Assembly (NCBI GenBank): GCA_043800955.1
Contig: JAZDMN010000049.1
Location: 282 to 64,281 of the forward strand
Source: Candidatus Micrarchaeota archaeon
Lineage (GTDB): Archaea > Micrarchaeota > Micrarchaeia > Anstonellales > Bilamarchaeaceae
DNA length: 64,000 bases
Reading direction: 5' to 3'
This document shows, in pieces, positions 56,267 to 64,000 of this stretch (within the stretch, counting starts at the first letter, position 1; each line of letters starts with the position of its first letter). The notes beneath the pieces were generated by a model, which saw nothing but the letters and a program-made list of their open reading frames with translations, was not told where the DNA came from and did not search any database. The translations under genes and the position numbers were made by a program.

Positions 56267-57429
56267 CTGCGATAACCCTTCTTTGCCAGTTCTTCGGCTT
56301 TTTCACCAAACCGCCGCAGGAACACATCCCAGGTATAATCGCGCTCCACTTTGGACCGCCCTTCCTTCCCCATCTGTGCGCAGTGCTCCGGGTCCTTGGA
56401 AAGGAGCTCCATCTTGGCGGCCATGTCCCACATGCTGTCCACGAGGTATCCATCCCTGTTGTTCACGATGGTCTCCTTCGGGCCGCCTTCGTTCCTTGCG
56501 ATGCATGGCTTGCCTGATGCCATGGCTTCGAGGGGGACCAGGCCGTAGTCCTCGTTTATTGGCGTGTAGAGCACTGCGGTGCATCGTGCGTATAAATCGC
56601 GCAGTTCCCAGTCGCCCACGTTGGTCTTGATTTCGATATTCGGCCCGCACATCGAGCGGATTTTCTTGAGGTAGGAGATGTGCTCGGGGCGCTTGGACAG
56701 CGCGCCGGTTATGATGAGTTTCCAGTTTTGGGTTTCGGGTTTCCCGGAGCCTGGCTTGGGATTCTGGCGGTTTGAGAATAGCTTGAATGCCTCGATTGCG
56801 TACTCGAGCTCCTTCTCAGGGGCGATTCGTGAGGGGTAGAAGAAATACTGCTCGAAGGACTTGCATGTGAATTTTTCCGCTTCGACGCCCGGATGCAGGA
56901 CCTCCGAGCTCCTCCTCAGGTATTTGGTGATTCTTGCCTGGCTGTTCCTGCTATTTGTGAATATGTGCTCGATTTTCGGTACTGTCTGGTTTTCGAGGAA
57001 TTTGAAGGGCTGGATTGTAGACCAGAATATCAGGCGCGAGAGGGGGTTCCGCCTCTTCTGGCGCCATTCGTAGAGGTCGAATGCCTCGCGGTTCGGGGTA
57101 TGGCAGTACCAGATTACCGGGGCATTCTTGTTCCTTATCCATTCCGAGGGCGTCTGGTGCGCATTTATTACGTCGTAATCCGTGAGTTTCGTGTTGTAGA
57201 AGTGCCAGCCGGCGTCAATCGCACCCGAGACCCTTTTTCCAAGAGGAAGGGAGCGGAACGGGCTTGGCTTTGCGATTTCGATTTCCAGGTTCGAGAATTC
57301 CTTGAACGTGTTCTCCGCATCGTAGTTTATGCAGTGGATTCTGGCCTTGAAATGCTGGGCGATTTTGAGTACGACGCGTTCCATGCCGCCGCGTGTCTCC
57401 AGAAACGGGGTTGTCACGATGAGCTTCAT
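56263..57429 (-). CDS. family 4 (GT-B) glycosyltransferase
   Basis: EDYGLVPLEAMASGKPCIARNEGG motif; overlaps neighbours by 4 nt on both sides (operon). Confidence 0.7.
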   Translation of the reverse strand: MKLIVTTPFLETRGGMERVVLKIAQHFKARIHCINYDAENTFKEFSNLEIEIAKPSPFRSLPLGKRVSGAIDAGWHFYNTKLTDYDVINAHQTPSEWIRNKNAPVIWYCHTPNREAFDLYEWRQKRRNPLSRLIFWSTIQPFKFLENQTVPKIEHIFTNSRNSQARITKYLRRSSEVLHPGVEAEKFTCKSFEQYFFYPSRIAPEKELEYAIEAFKLFSNRQNPKPGSGKPETQNWKLIITGALSKRPEHISYLKKIRSMCGPNIEIKTNVGDWELRDLYARCTAVLYTPINEDYGLVPLEAMASGKPCIARNEGGPKETIVNNRDGYLVDSMWDMAAKMELLSKDPEHCAQMGKEGRSKVERDYTWDVFLRRFGEKAEELAKKGYRR

Positions 57430-58613
57430 TTCCCCCCACCTCCAAGAAGCCGTGCCAATCCCGGAACATCAGTAAATACGACCCTGCAGCCTTCGACCTG
57501 GATTTCGCCCGGACTTCCATTGTATGAAACCACTACCGCCAGCTTCGGCCGGTAGGCCTCTATGAAAGAGCGCATGCTCCGTTCAATCTTTCCTGGAGAC
57601 GGACTGAGCTTCACCTCTATTGGTATCGGCGCCCCATCGTTTTCCAGGACGAAATCCACCTCGGCTTTGGCCTTCGTCTGCCAGTATTTCACGTTAAAGC
57701 CGAGCTTCAACAGTTCGCTAAAAACATAATTCTCGAAGAGCTTCCCCCGCTCGCTCATATCCTGCGGGAAGTCATTGGCTATCGCATTCCGGAGGCCGGT
57801 ATCGACAAAGTATATCTTCGGCTGTTTCGTGACTTCCTTCAGCTTGTTGCTGAAAAAAGGCTCGACGCGGCATATCAGATAGCTCCGCTCCATGGCATCC
57901 AGGTATTTTTTCACGGTCTGGAACGACATCCCCATGTCATTTGCGGCCTTCCCGTATATCAGAACATTCCCTATGGAATGGGTCAGGTACCTGACGAACC
58001 GCTCCAGCGAGCCGATATCGTCTATCGAGAACGTCTTGGCAACGTCTTTCAGCACCATGAGCTCATAGAGGTCCCGCAGAAGGGTTTTTTTCATGTCAAT
58101 CCCCTCGGTCGTAGCCACTTTAGGGTATCCGCCGTAGACCATATGCTCCCAGACAAGCCGCTTTATTATCGCTTCAGTATGCTCTTTCTGGCTTTTTGCC
58201 TTCATGAATTCGCTGAATGAAAATGGATAGAGCCGCATTATTGTCGCCCTGCCCACCAGCCACGAAAGGACATCCTTAGCGAGGAGCGCCTGGGACGACG
58301 AGGTTATCCAGAGCTTCCTCCCCTTATCGGCAAGATATTTCAGCTTGCCGCCGGCATCTTTGCCGTACTGGACTTCGTCCAGCACGGCGAGGGGATGGCC
58401 TTCAAGGTACTGGCTCTCGAATTTCTTTATGTCCTCATCGAACAGGCCGCGGACATCCGGGTCGTCGAACATCAGGTAGGGGACACTCCTGCTTTTTACG
58501 AGCTCTTTCAGGAGTGTCGTCTTGCCGGCCTGCCGTGGCCCTACAAGAGCCGAAATCAGGTAGGTTGAAGAGACAGTGCCGAACTTCTCGGTGATATCCC
58601 GTTCGACGTACAT
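57426..58613 (-). CDS. AAA-family ATPase with DUF4143-like C-terminal domain
   Basis: Walker A GPRQAGKTTLL, typical archaeal AAA_14/DUF4143 architecture. Confidence 0.6.
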   Translation of the reverse strand: MYVERDITEKFGTVSSTYLISALVGPRQAGKTTLLKELVKSRSVPYLMFDDPDVRGLFDEDIKKFESQYLEGHPLAVLDEVQYGKDAGGKLKYLADKGRKLWITSSSQALLAKDVLSWLVGRATIMRLYPFSFSEFMKAKSQKEHTEAIIKRLVWEHMVYGGYPKVATTEGIDMKKTLLRDLYELMVLKDVAKTFSIDDIGSLERFVRYLTHSIGNVLIYGKAANDMGMSFQTVKKYLDAMERSYLICRVEPFFSNKLKEVTKQPKIYFVDTGLRNAIANDFPQDMSERGKLFENYVFSELLKLGFNVKYWQTKAKAEVDFVLENDGAPIPIEVKLSPSPGKIERSMRSFIEAYRPKLAVVVSYNGSPGEIQVEGCRVVFTDVPGLARLLGGGGK

Positions 58614-58713
58614 GGATGGTGTTTCTCACGCAAGGTATTTAAATATTGACTAAAATTGAACCTTAGGTTAAGATTAGTATTACTTTTATTAAACTCGACT
58701 TTAATTAAAAGCT

Positions 58714-59067
58714 ATGCAGGGCGGGATAATTGTCGTGATTGTCACCTTCGGCATGCATGCACGCCTCCGGAAGCACCTGGAGCTTCTTGAGGCCGGGGCG
58801 ACGGTATGCGCCTACGACCCCGAGGCGATGGGGAGCATGAGGGACGTTTTCCCTGCTGTAGAATACGCAGGCAACTGGGAGGAATGTCTTTCAGGGTGCG
58901 ATGCGGCCCTGATTGTGACGGCATGGCCCGAGTTCGTGAAAAGCGCCAAGGAGTACAAAGAGGCGCTAGGGAATGCGCCATTGCTTGATGCGAGGAGGGT
59001 CTTGCCTCCGAATACGGCTGCTGAGGCTGAACTCCGCTATCACGCGATCGGACGGAGCGCACCCTAG
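58714..59067 (+). pseudogene. C-terminal fragment of a UDP-glucose/GDP-mannose 6-dehydrogenase
   Basis: 117 aa matching only the C-terminal UDP-binding domain; no N-terminal NAD domain present upstream. Confidence 0.5.
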
Positions 59068-59100
59068 GATGCCTCTGCTTCCGGCACGTCCGAAACAGTC

Positions 59101-59262
59101 ATAGGATGAATATAGAGCGCAGGTGCGCGCTGACCCTGGAAGGCGAGCCGAAACAGAGGGAGCCGGGCCGCTCCCTTGCGAAGAAGGAGCTAGGATGGGT
59201 TGCGAAGACCGGGCTTGATGATGGTCTGAAGAAGACTGCTCGGTATTTCCACAAGATCAGGT
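59101..59262 (+). pseudogene. C-terminal 53-codon remnant of an NAD-dependent epimerase/dehydratase
   Basis: Translates to ...KKELGWVAKTGLDDGLKKTARYFHKIR, the conserved extreme C-terminus of SDR epimerases. Confidence 0.45.
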
Positions 59263-60228
59263 AGTATTCTTTTCCAATGTCACTTCGATGAAATCCCCAA
59301 CTCTGAGCAGGTTTGTTATCTCAGAAAAAATCGAAAACCCGGGAATTAGCAGAATTTTGATGGGGAAGGGAATTTTCAATTTAATCCCGAGCTGGCCCTC
59401 AATCACGTACCGCGTACTGTCCAGGTATCCCGAGAAATCGCCATTATACCTCATACGGATAATCTTGAACCCGTTCCGTTCCCCATATTTCCGGATATTT
59501 TCCAATTTGAACAAATGGAGATGACGGGGGGTGTCAAGGTGATACCAGAATTTTTTATAACATCTTTTACCGAATGCTTCAGCGTTAGGGGTCGCTATAA
59601 TTACCTTTCCGCCGGGCTTGGTTACTCTTCTCAAATCCAAGAACACTTCGGATGGTGAGTCTACGTGTTCCAAAACATGGTTCATGGTCACGATATCGAA
59701 ATATCCTTCTGGGAAGTTCACTACATGAAAGGCGCTGTTCCATATCTTGAATCCGTCCCTTTTCGAAATGTCTGGATTGAACCCGAATGGCTCAACTCCA
59801 CTAACTTCATAGCCAATTCTTTTGGCAATACACAGGAATTTTCCATCTCCACAGCCGATATCGAGGAGTTTCGGCTTTCCTTTCGGTTTTGGAAGACTGC
59901 GATTTGCCAGCACACGATAGACGGGGTAAAGCAGCAAAAGGGCCAGCCTTGAGACAAGACTATTTTCGGCGTCTGCCTGCAATCTGAAAAGATAATATTT
60001 AATGGACTCAAATCTTGCCCCGGAGGGGTCGTTTCCGAGCGATCCATAGCTAGAAGGATATGCATCTTTAATCTGGGACGCGGTGGGTGGCGGATCTAAA
60101 AACTCCAAACCGCATTTTCGGCACCTCACGGAGGAGAAACTTAAGCCAGTATTACGAAACATCCTGTCGTAGTTCCTATAAAGGGATTCGAACTCGGAAC
60201 CGGAGCAGCAATCGCATTCTCTTGTCAT
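59257..60228 (-). CDS. class I SAM-dependent methyltransferase (low-GC)
   Basis: LLDIGCGDGKFL motif I; gene body ~42-45% GC, clearly below flanks. Confidence 0.6.
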   Translation of the reverse strand: MTRECDCCSGSEFESLYRNYDRMFRNTGLSFSSVRCRKCGLEFLDPPPTASQIKDAYPSSYGSLGNDPSGARFESIKYYLFRLQADAENSLVSRLALLLLYPVYRVLANRSLPKPKGKPKLLDIGCGDGKFLCIAKRIGYEVSGVEPFGFNPDISKRDGFKIWNSAFHVVNFPEGYFDIVTMNHVLEHVDSPSEVFLDLRRVTKPGGKVIIATPNAEAFGKRCYKKFWYHLDTPRHLHLFKLENIRKYGERNGFKIIRMRYNGDFSGYLDSTRYVIEGQLGIKLKIPFPIKILLIPGFSIFSEITNLLRVGDFIEVTLEKNTT

Positions 60229-60354
60229 ATAAAGTACCGGGCATCGTTTCCCTGCGGTATTTCCAACGAGGGACTGGCAAGGAAATCAGTTTGTTGTTGA
60301 CTGACTCACCTCTTGCATTAAAGATTTATTATCCCTAGCATCCAATCTAGATTC

Positions 60355-61443
60355 ATGGGAAAACTTCTGTCTATATGCATACCCACTCTCCAGAGGAAAG
60401 CGTCAATTCAATCCGTGCTTGACAGCTTGCTGGAAGTAGTCGGAAAGCACAAGGACGAAGTGGAGATATGCGTATCCGACAACGGTTCCACGGACGGCAC
60501 CTATGAGATGCTCGTTTCGTACTCGAAGAGGTACCCGTTCATCAGGGTGAGAAGGAACAGCGAGAACATCGGCTTCGACGCAAACATGGCGACCCTCGCG
60601 CAGATGGCCGAGGGGAGATACTGCTGGCCCATAGGCGACGACGACGAGGTTGTGCCGACCGGTGTCGAGAGCCTACTGGCGCTGCTCAAAAAGGACGAAT
60701 GGCTCGCCGGGCTTGCCTTCGCAGGGCTGCAATCGGATATCAAGGTCATGGTCAAGCATTTTCAGGCCGAATCCTACACCCGGGACGAGTTCGTGTCGCA
60801 TTACATACGCTACATCAGGAGCACGCCCTACTTCGCACCTGGGTTCGGATTCCTGGGATGCTTCGTATTTGATTCTGCTAAGCTCAGGGGAGTACTCGGA
60901 CGGTTCGAGGGTAATGGATATGGCTGGGTGCACTGGACCATGTATCTGCACATCCTGTCCCATTCCGATGGGATGGTCTTCATCCAGCACGATACCATGC
61001 TGAACTACGGGAGTCCGCCGGACAAGGTATACTATCCGGAGCAGGAGGTCTATACGTTTTCTGAGCGAAAGCTCAAGGCCGTGCGGGCAGCGGATCTTAG
61101 CCCGGTGCTCCGGATCGCTGTAGAAAGCGTGCTCACGAAGCTTGACGGGCAGTACGCACGCGGCCTACTGGAGCTCATACTAATCAAGGACATCGTACCG
61201 AAAGAGAAATACGAGAAAAGCAAAGCGAAGATACTCGAAATCGGCAAAAGCGTTCCACTCCTGTCCCCATGGGGTATTGCCGGGCTGGGTCTCAGGGCTC
61301 TTGAAGCTATACCGAGAGCGGCTTTTCTTTTCCGTATCGTGCCAAAACTCAACAATTATTCGAAAAAGATGAGGAAACATGAGAAAGGGCTGCTGCAAAC
61401 AAACGAGCAACGGGAAGCGATAGACAAATGGAAGAATAAATAG
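60355..61443 (+). CDS. family 2 glycosyltransferase
   Basis: LSICIPTLQRK ... VSDNGSTDGT GT-A motifs. Confidence 0.7.
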   Translation: MGKLLSICIPTLQRKASIQSVLDSLLEVVGKHKDEVEICVSDNGSTDGTYEMLVSYSKRYPFIRVRRNSENIGFDANMATLAQMAEGRYCWPIGDDDEVVPTGVESLLALLKKDEWLAGLAFAGLQSDIKVMVKHFQAESYTRDEFVSHYIRYIRSTPYFAPGFGFLGCFVFDSAKLRGVLGRFEGNGYGWVHWTMYLHILSHSDGMVFIQHDTMLNYGSPPDKVYYPEQEVYTFSERKLKAVRAADLSPVLRIAVESVLTKLDGQYARGLLELILIKDIVPKEKYEKSKAKILEIGKSVPLLSPWGIAGLGLRALEAIPRAAFLFRIVPKLNNYSKKMRKHEKGLLQTNEQREAIDKWKNK

Positions 61444-61479
61444 TTCCATTAAGCATGCGTGACCCGGTTTCAAAATTAA

Positions 61480-62742
61480 TCAGGGGGCACGGACTATCTT
61501 GGGTGATGGTATCGGAATTATGAACTTGCCGCCGGACTTTGCATAACCTTCCTGCTGTTTCATTATTTCACTGGCAAAGTTCCATGCTAGGATTAATGTA
61601 TAATCTGGCTTGCGACGCAGTAGCGCCTCCGGAGAATAAATGGGAAGGTGCATCCCGGGAGTGTAAAGATTTTGTTTGTAAGGACTCCTATCCACCGTGA
61701 AATCCAGAAATTTAGTGTCAACCCCGCAGTAGCATAGAAGCGTGTTTCCCTTGGCCGGTGCGCCGTAAGCTGCTATGCTTTTCCCCTCCTTCTTGAGCTT
61801 TGTAAGGAGGGATACAAGCTTGACCTTCAGCCTTTCCACGTTCTCCGCGAAATGCTGGTAGGTCTTTAGTTCCATGATGCCACGCTGCTTCTCCAGCTCA
61901 AGCAGTTCCACGACAGATGGCGTCACTTTGCGGGGGCCACCCTGGCGCTGGATGAAAAGTCTTACCGAGCCGCCGTGTATGCTCGTCCTTCGGACGTCGA
62001 AAATCTCCATCTTGTGCATGGCGAAGAACTGCACGAGCGGATGGATGGAGAAGTAGGACAGGTGCTCATGGTATATCGTATCGAATTCGGTGTTCTCCAG
62101 CAGGTTGACCAGGTAGGGGAATTCCAGGGCGAGGAAGCCGTCTTCCGAAAGCAGGGCCTCGACGCCGTCGATGACGTCGTGTATGTCGTCGATGTGGGCG
62201 AAGACGTTGTTGCCCAGGATAGCCGTCGCCTTCCCGTGCTCCTTTTCCATCGCCGTGGCGCTTTTCGAGTTGAAGAATTCAGCGATGGTCGGTATGCCCT
62301 CGGCGTTCGCCTTCTTCGCGATGTTCTCCGCCGGGTCTATGCCGAGGAACCGGATTCCGTGCCTCTTGAAATTCTTGATGAGGATTCCGTCGTTGCTGGC
62401 GATTTCCACCACGAACGCCTTCCTCTTGTCCGCGTGCATTCCGGCGATTTCATCGGCATAATCCGAGAAATGCCTCATGAGCATGGACGAATTTGATGAG
62501 TAATAAAGATAATGGCGGAAAAGGGTTTCCGGGGGGACAACAGTGCCTAGCTGTACGAGGCCGCAGACCTGGCAGAACCAGACATCAAGTTTCGCCTTGA
62601 ACTCCGGCTTATCCAAATCCTCCTTCCTGAGATAGCTGTTCGCAAGCGCCACATTTCCCAAGTCGAGGAATTCCATAAGGCGCTCGCTCTTGCATATGCG
62701 ACAGTGCAAAATATCACCACGGGATGAAAAACATGATTCCAA
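61480..62742 (-). CDS. NDP-hexose C-methyltransferase-like protein (zinc ribbon + SAM MTase + C-methyltransferase domain)
   Basis: N-terminal CRICKSERL zinc ribbon, Rossmann-fold SAM motif, C-terminal domain; architecture of TylC3/TcaB9-type sugar C-methyltransferases. Confidence 0.55.
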   Translation of the reverse strand: MESCFSSRGDILHCRICKSERLMEFLDLGNVALANSYLRKEDLDKPEFKAKLDVWFCQVCGLVQLGTVVPPETLFRHYLYYSSNSSMLMRHFSDYADEIAGMHADKRKAFVVEIASNDGILIKNFKRHGIRFLGIDPAENIAKKANAEGIPTIAEFFNSKSATAMEKEHGKATAILGNNVFAHIDDIHDVIDGVEALLSEDGFLALEFPYLVNLLENTEFDTIYHEHLSYFSIHPLVQFFAMHKMEIFDVRRTSIHGGSVRLFIQRQGGPRKVTPSVVELLELEKQRGIMELKTYQHFAENVERLKVKLVSLLTKLKKEGKSIAAYGAPAKGNTLLCYCGVDTKFLDFTVDRSPYKQNLYTPGMHLPIYSPEALLRRKPDYTLILAWNFASEIMKQQEGYAKSGGKFIIPIPSPKIVRAP

Positions 62743-62795
62743 ATCGGACGATGCTCGGAATTAATATAATCACTTACAATTAAAAAGAATCGAGA

Positions 62796-63710
62796 ATGAC
62801 AAGCGGTGATTTCGAGATGCATGCTGTGGTGCTTGGCGGAAGCGGGCTGGCGGGGGAAAGCATCGCATTGGTCCTTATGGAATCCGGCTTCAAGGTATCA
62901 TATACATATTTTAGCAACGCGCTCGAGATTCCGGGGGCGAAAGGCTTCAGGCTTGATGTCTCGGATGCCGGCGCGCTGGATGATTTCCTTGAGGCTCGAA
63001 AGCCCGGATTCGTTGTGAATACTGTCGCGCTGCCATCAGTGGACAAGTGTGACGTGGATGAGGAACTGGCGTTCAAAGTGAACGCAGAGCCCCAGCGGGT
63101 CCTTGCGGGATACTCCATGAGGAGCGGAGCGGCGATAGCTTTCATGTCCACTTCGAATGTTTTTGGCCCTTCTGGAAGGCCACTCGTCGAGGATGACATA
63201 CCCGGCCCTATAAGCGCCTACGGAAGGACCAAGCTCCGGGGGGAGGAATATACGCTCCTGTCCAAAAAGCATATCATTCTCCGCGCAGACCAGATATACG
63301 GTTGGACGCGGCATGGGCAGAAGCATACTTTTGTTGAGAAAACCCTTGAGAAACTAAATGGGGGGAGTGAGGTGGAGGTCTGCAGGGACTGGTATAACTG
63401 CCCCACCTACGCAGGCGATATAGCGGCAGCGCTTGCAAGGCTTGTCACGAAAGGCCGCTGGGGGGTGTACCACAGCGTGGGGTCGACATACCTGAACAGG
63501 TATGAGTGGGCTCTAACCATCGCAAATGTTTTCGGGTTTGATGGCTCCTTGGTTAAGCCGATAGATTCGTCTTCCCTGAATCTGCCTGCCAAGCGCTCCA
63601 ATTGCGCGCTTTCTAATAAGAAAATCACAATGGAAAGCGGGGTGCGGTTCCTTTCGGTGGACGAAGGGATGAAGAAAATGAAGGAGGAAGAGCCCCGGGG
63701 CAGGGGATAA
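62796..63710 (+). CDS. rmlD: dTDP-4-dehydrorhamnose reductase-like (RmlD-type SDR)
   Basis: VLGGSGLAG Rossmann, YxxxK, size and pattern of RmlD. Confidence 0.55.
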   Translation: MTSGDFEMHAVVLGGSGLAGESIALVLMESGFKVSYTYFSNALEIPGAKGFRLDVSDAGALDDFLEARKPGFVVNTVALPSVDKCDVDEELAFKVNAEPQRVLAGYSMRSGAAIAFMSTSNVFGPSGRPLVEDDIPGPISAYGRTKLRGEEYTLLSKKHIILRADQIYGWTRHGQKHTFVEKTLEKLNGGSEVEVCRDWYNCPTYAGDIAAALARLVTKGRWGVYHSVGSTYLNRYEWALTIANVFGFDGSLVKPIDSSSLNLPAKRSNCALSNKKITMESGVRFLSVDEGMKKMKEEEPRGRG

Positions 63711-63713
63711 GCC

Positions 63714-64000
63714 TTATTCGAAGCATTTGGCATCCTTGAAAAGAGGCCACTTCCGGTCTTTATCGGATATTATGGGATTCGGGATGCCCCAGTTAATCTT
63801 AAGCTCCGGGTCATTCCACAGAACTCCTGCCTCCTTGTCCGGGTAATAGTTATTATCTGCCTTATAGAGCATGGTGGCCTCCTCGGTCAGGGCCACGAAA
63901 CCGTGCGCAAAACCCGGGGGAACGAAAAGGCTGACCATATTTCTTGCCGAAAGGACGAGACCGGTCCACTTTCCGAATGTCGGCGAGCTCTTCCGCAGGT
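63714..64000 (-). CDS. rmlC: dTDP-4-dehydrorhamnose 3,5-epimerase (C-terminal part, gene continues past window end)
   Basis: PPGFAHGFVALTEEA ... cupin motif of RmlC; N-terminus beyond 64000. Confidence 0.6.
   Translation of the reverse strand, partial: LRKSSPTFGKWTGLVLSARNMVSLFVPPGFAHGFVALTEEATMLYKADNNYYPDKEAGVLWNDPELKINWGIPNPIISDKDRKWPLFKDAKCFE

Noticed and set aside
1-64000. CRISPR arrays, rRNA genes, integrase or transposase genes
   Set aside because: I looked for short regularly spaced direct repeats and for rRNA or integrase motifs. None was seen. The only direct repeats are the tRNA 3'-end copies at 35.2-35.5 kb and the intragenic TBP duplication.

Overview
This 64 kb window looks like archaeal chromosomal DNA of about 57% GC, dense in genes. 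Lineage clues point towards a TACK/Thermoproteota-like archaeon: a two-subunit OFOR, ribosomal protein eS26, three of four tRNA genes carrying introns (one with two), and typical archaeal TATA promoters. This is an inference from the sequence alone.

The core content includes:
- Purine and amino-sugar metabolism: purP, purF, glnA, asnA, glmM-like, a GlmU-like nucleotidyltransferase, pyrH.
- Information processing: TBP, the L21e-Rpo4-DUF655 operon, eS26, Pth2, MetAP2, proteasome alpha, the RFC large subunit, XPD, Hef-like and Lhr-like helicases.
- Envelope and proteostasis: a site-2 protease, HtpX-LemA, slipin, archaemetzincin.
- A roughly 14 kb cell-surface glycan island (49.7-64 kb) with GT2/GT4 transferases, a flippase, a prepilin peptidase, and dTDP-rhamnose-type RmlC/RmlD genes plus a sugar C-methyltransferase.

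The most unusual points are these:
1. The only TBP gene in the window carries an in-frame TAG. Its two repeats are nearly identical even at the DNA level.
2. One tRNA-Arg has two introns, the second in the T-loop. One tRNA-Lys has a ~95 nt intron plus extra helical nucleotides.
3. Downstream of an intron-containing tRNA-Val there are tandem copies of the tRNA 3' end, each preceded by a hairpin.
4. An AT-rich (~40-45% GC) free-standing HTH-LAGLIDADG homing-endonuclease gene has been inserted so that its 3' end overlaps the start of Pth2.
5. A higher-GC three-gene module (secreted protein plus two tandem paralogs of unknown function) has compositionally foreign proteins.
6. There is an HExxH zincin-like protein paired with a small ORF.
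7. Decayed gene fragments and a low-GC methyltransferase sit inside the glycan island.

Coordinates for RNA features were derived by hand and may be off by one or two bases.
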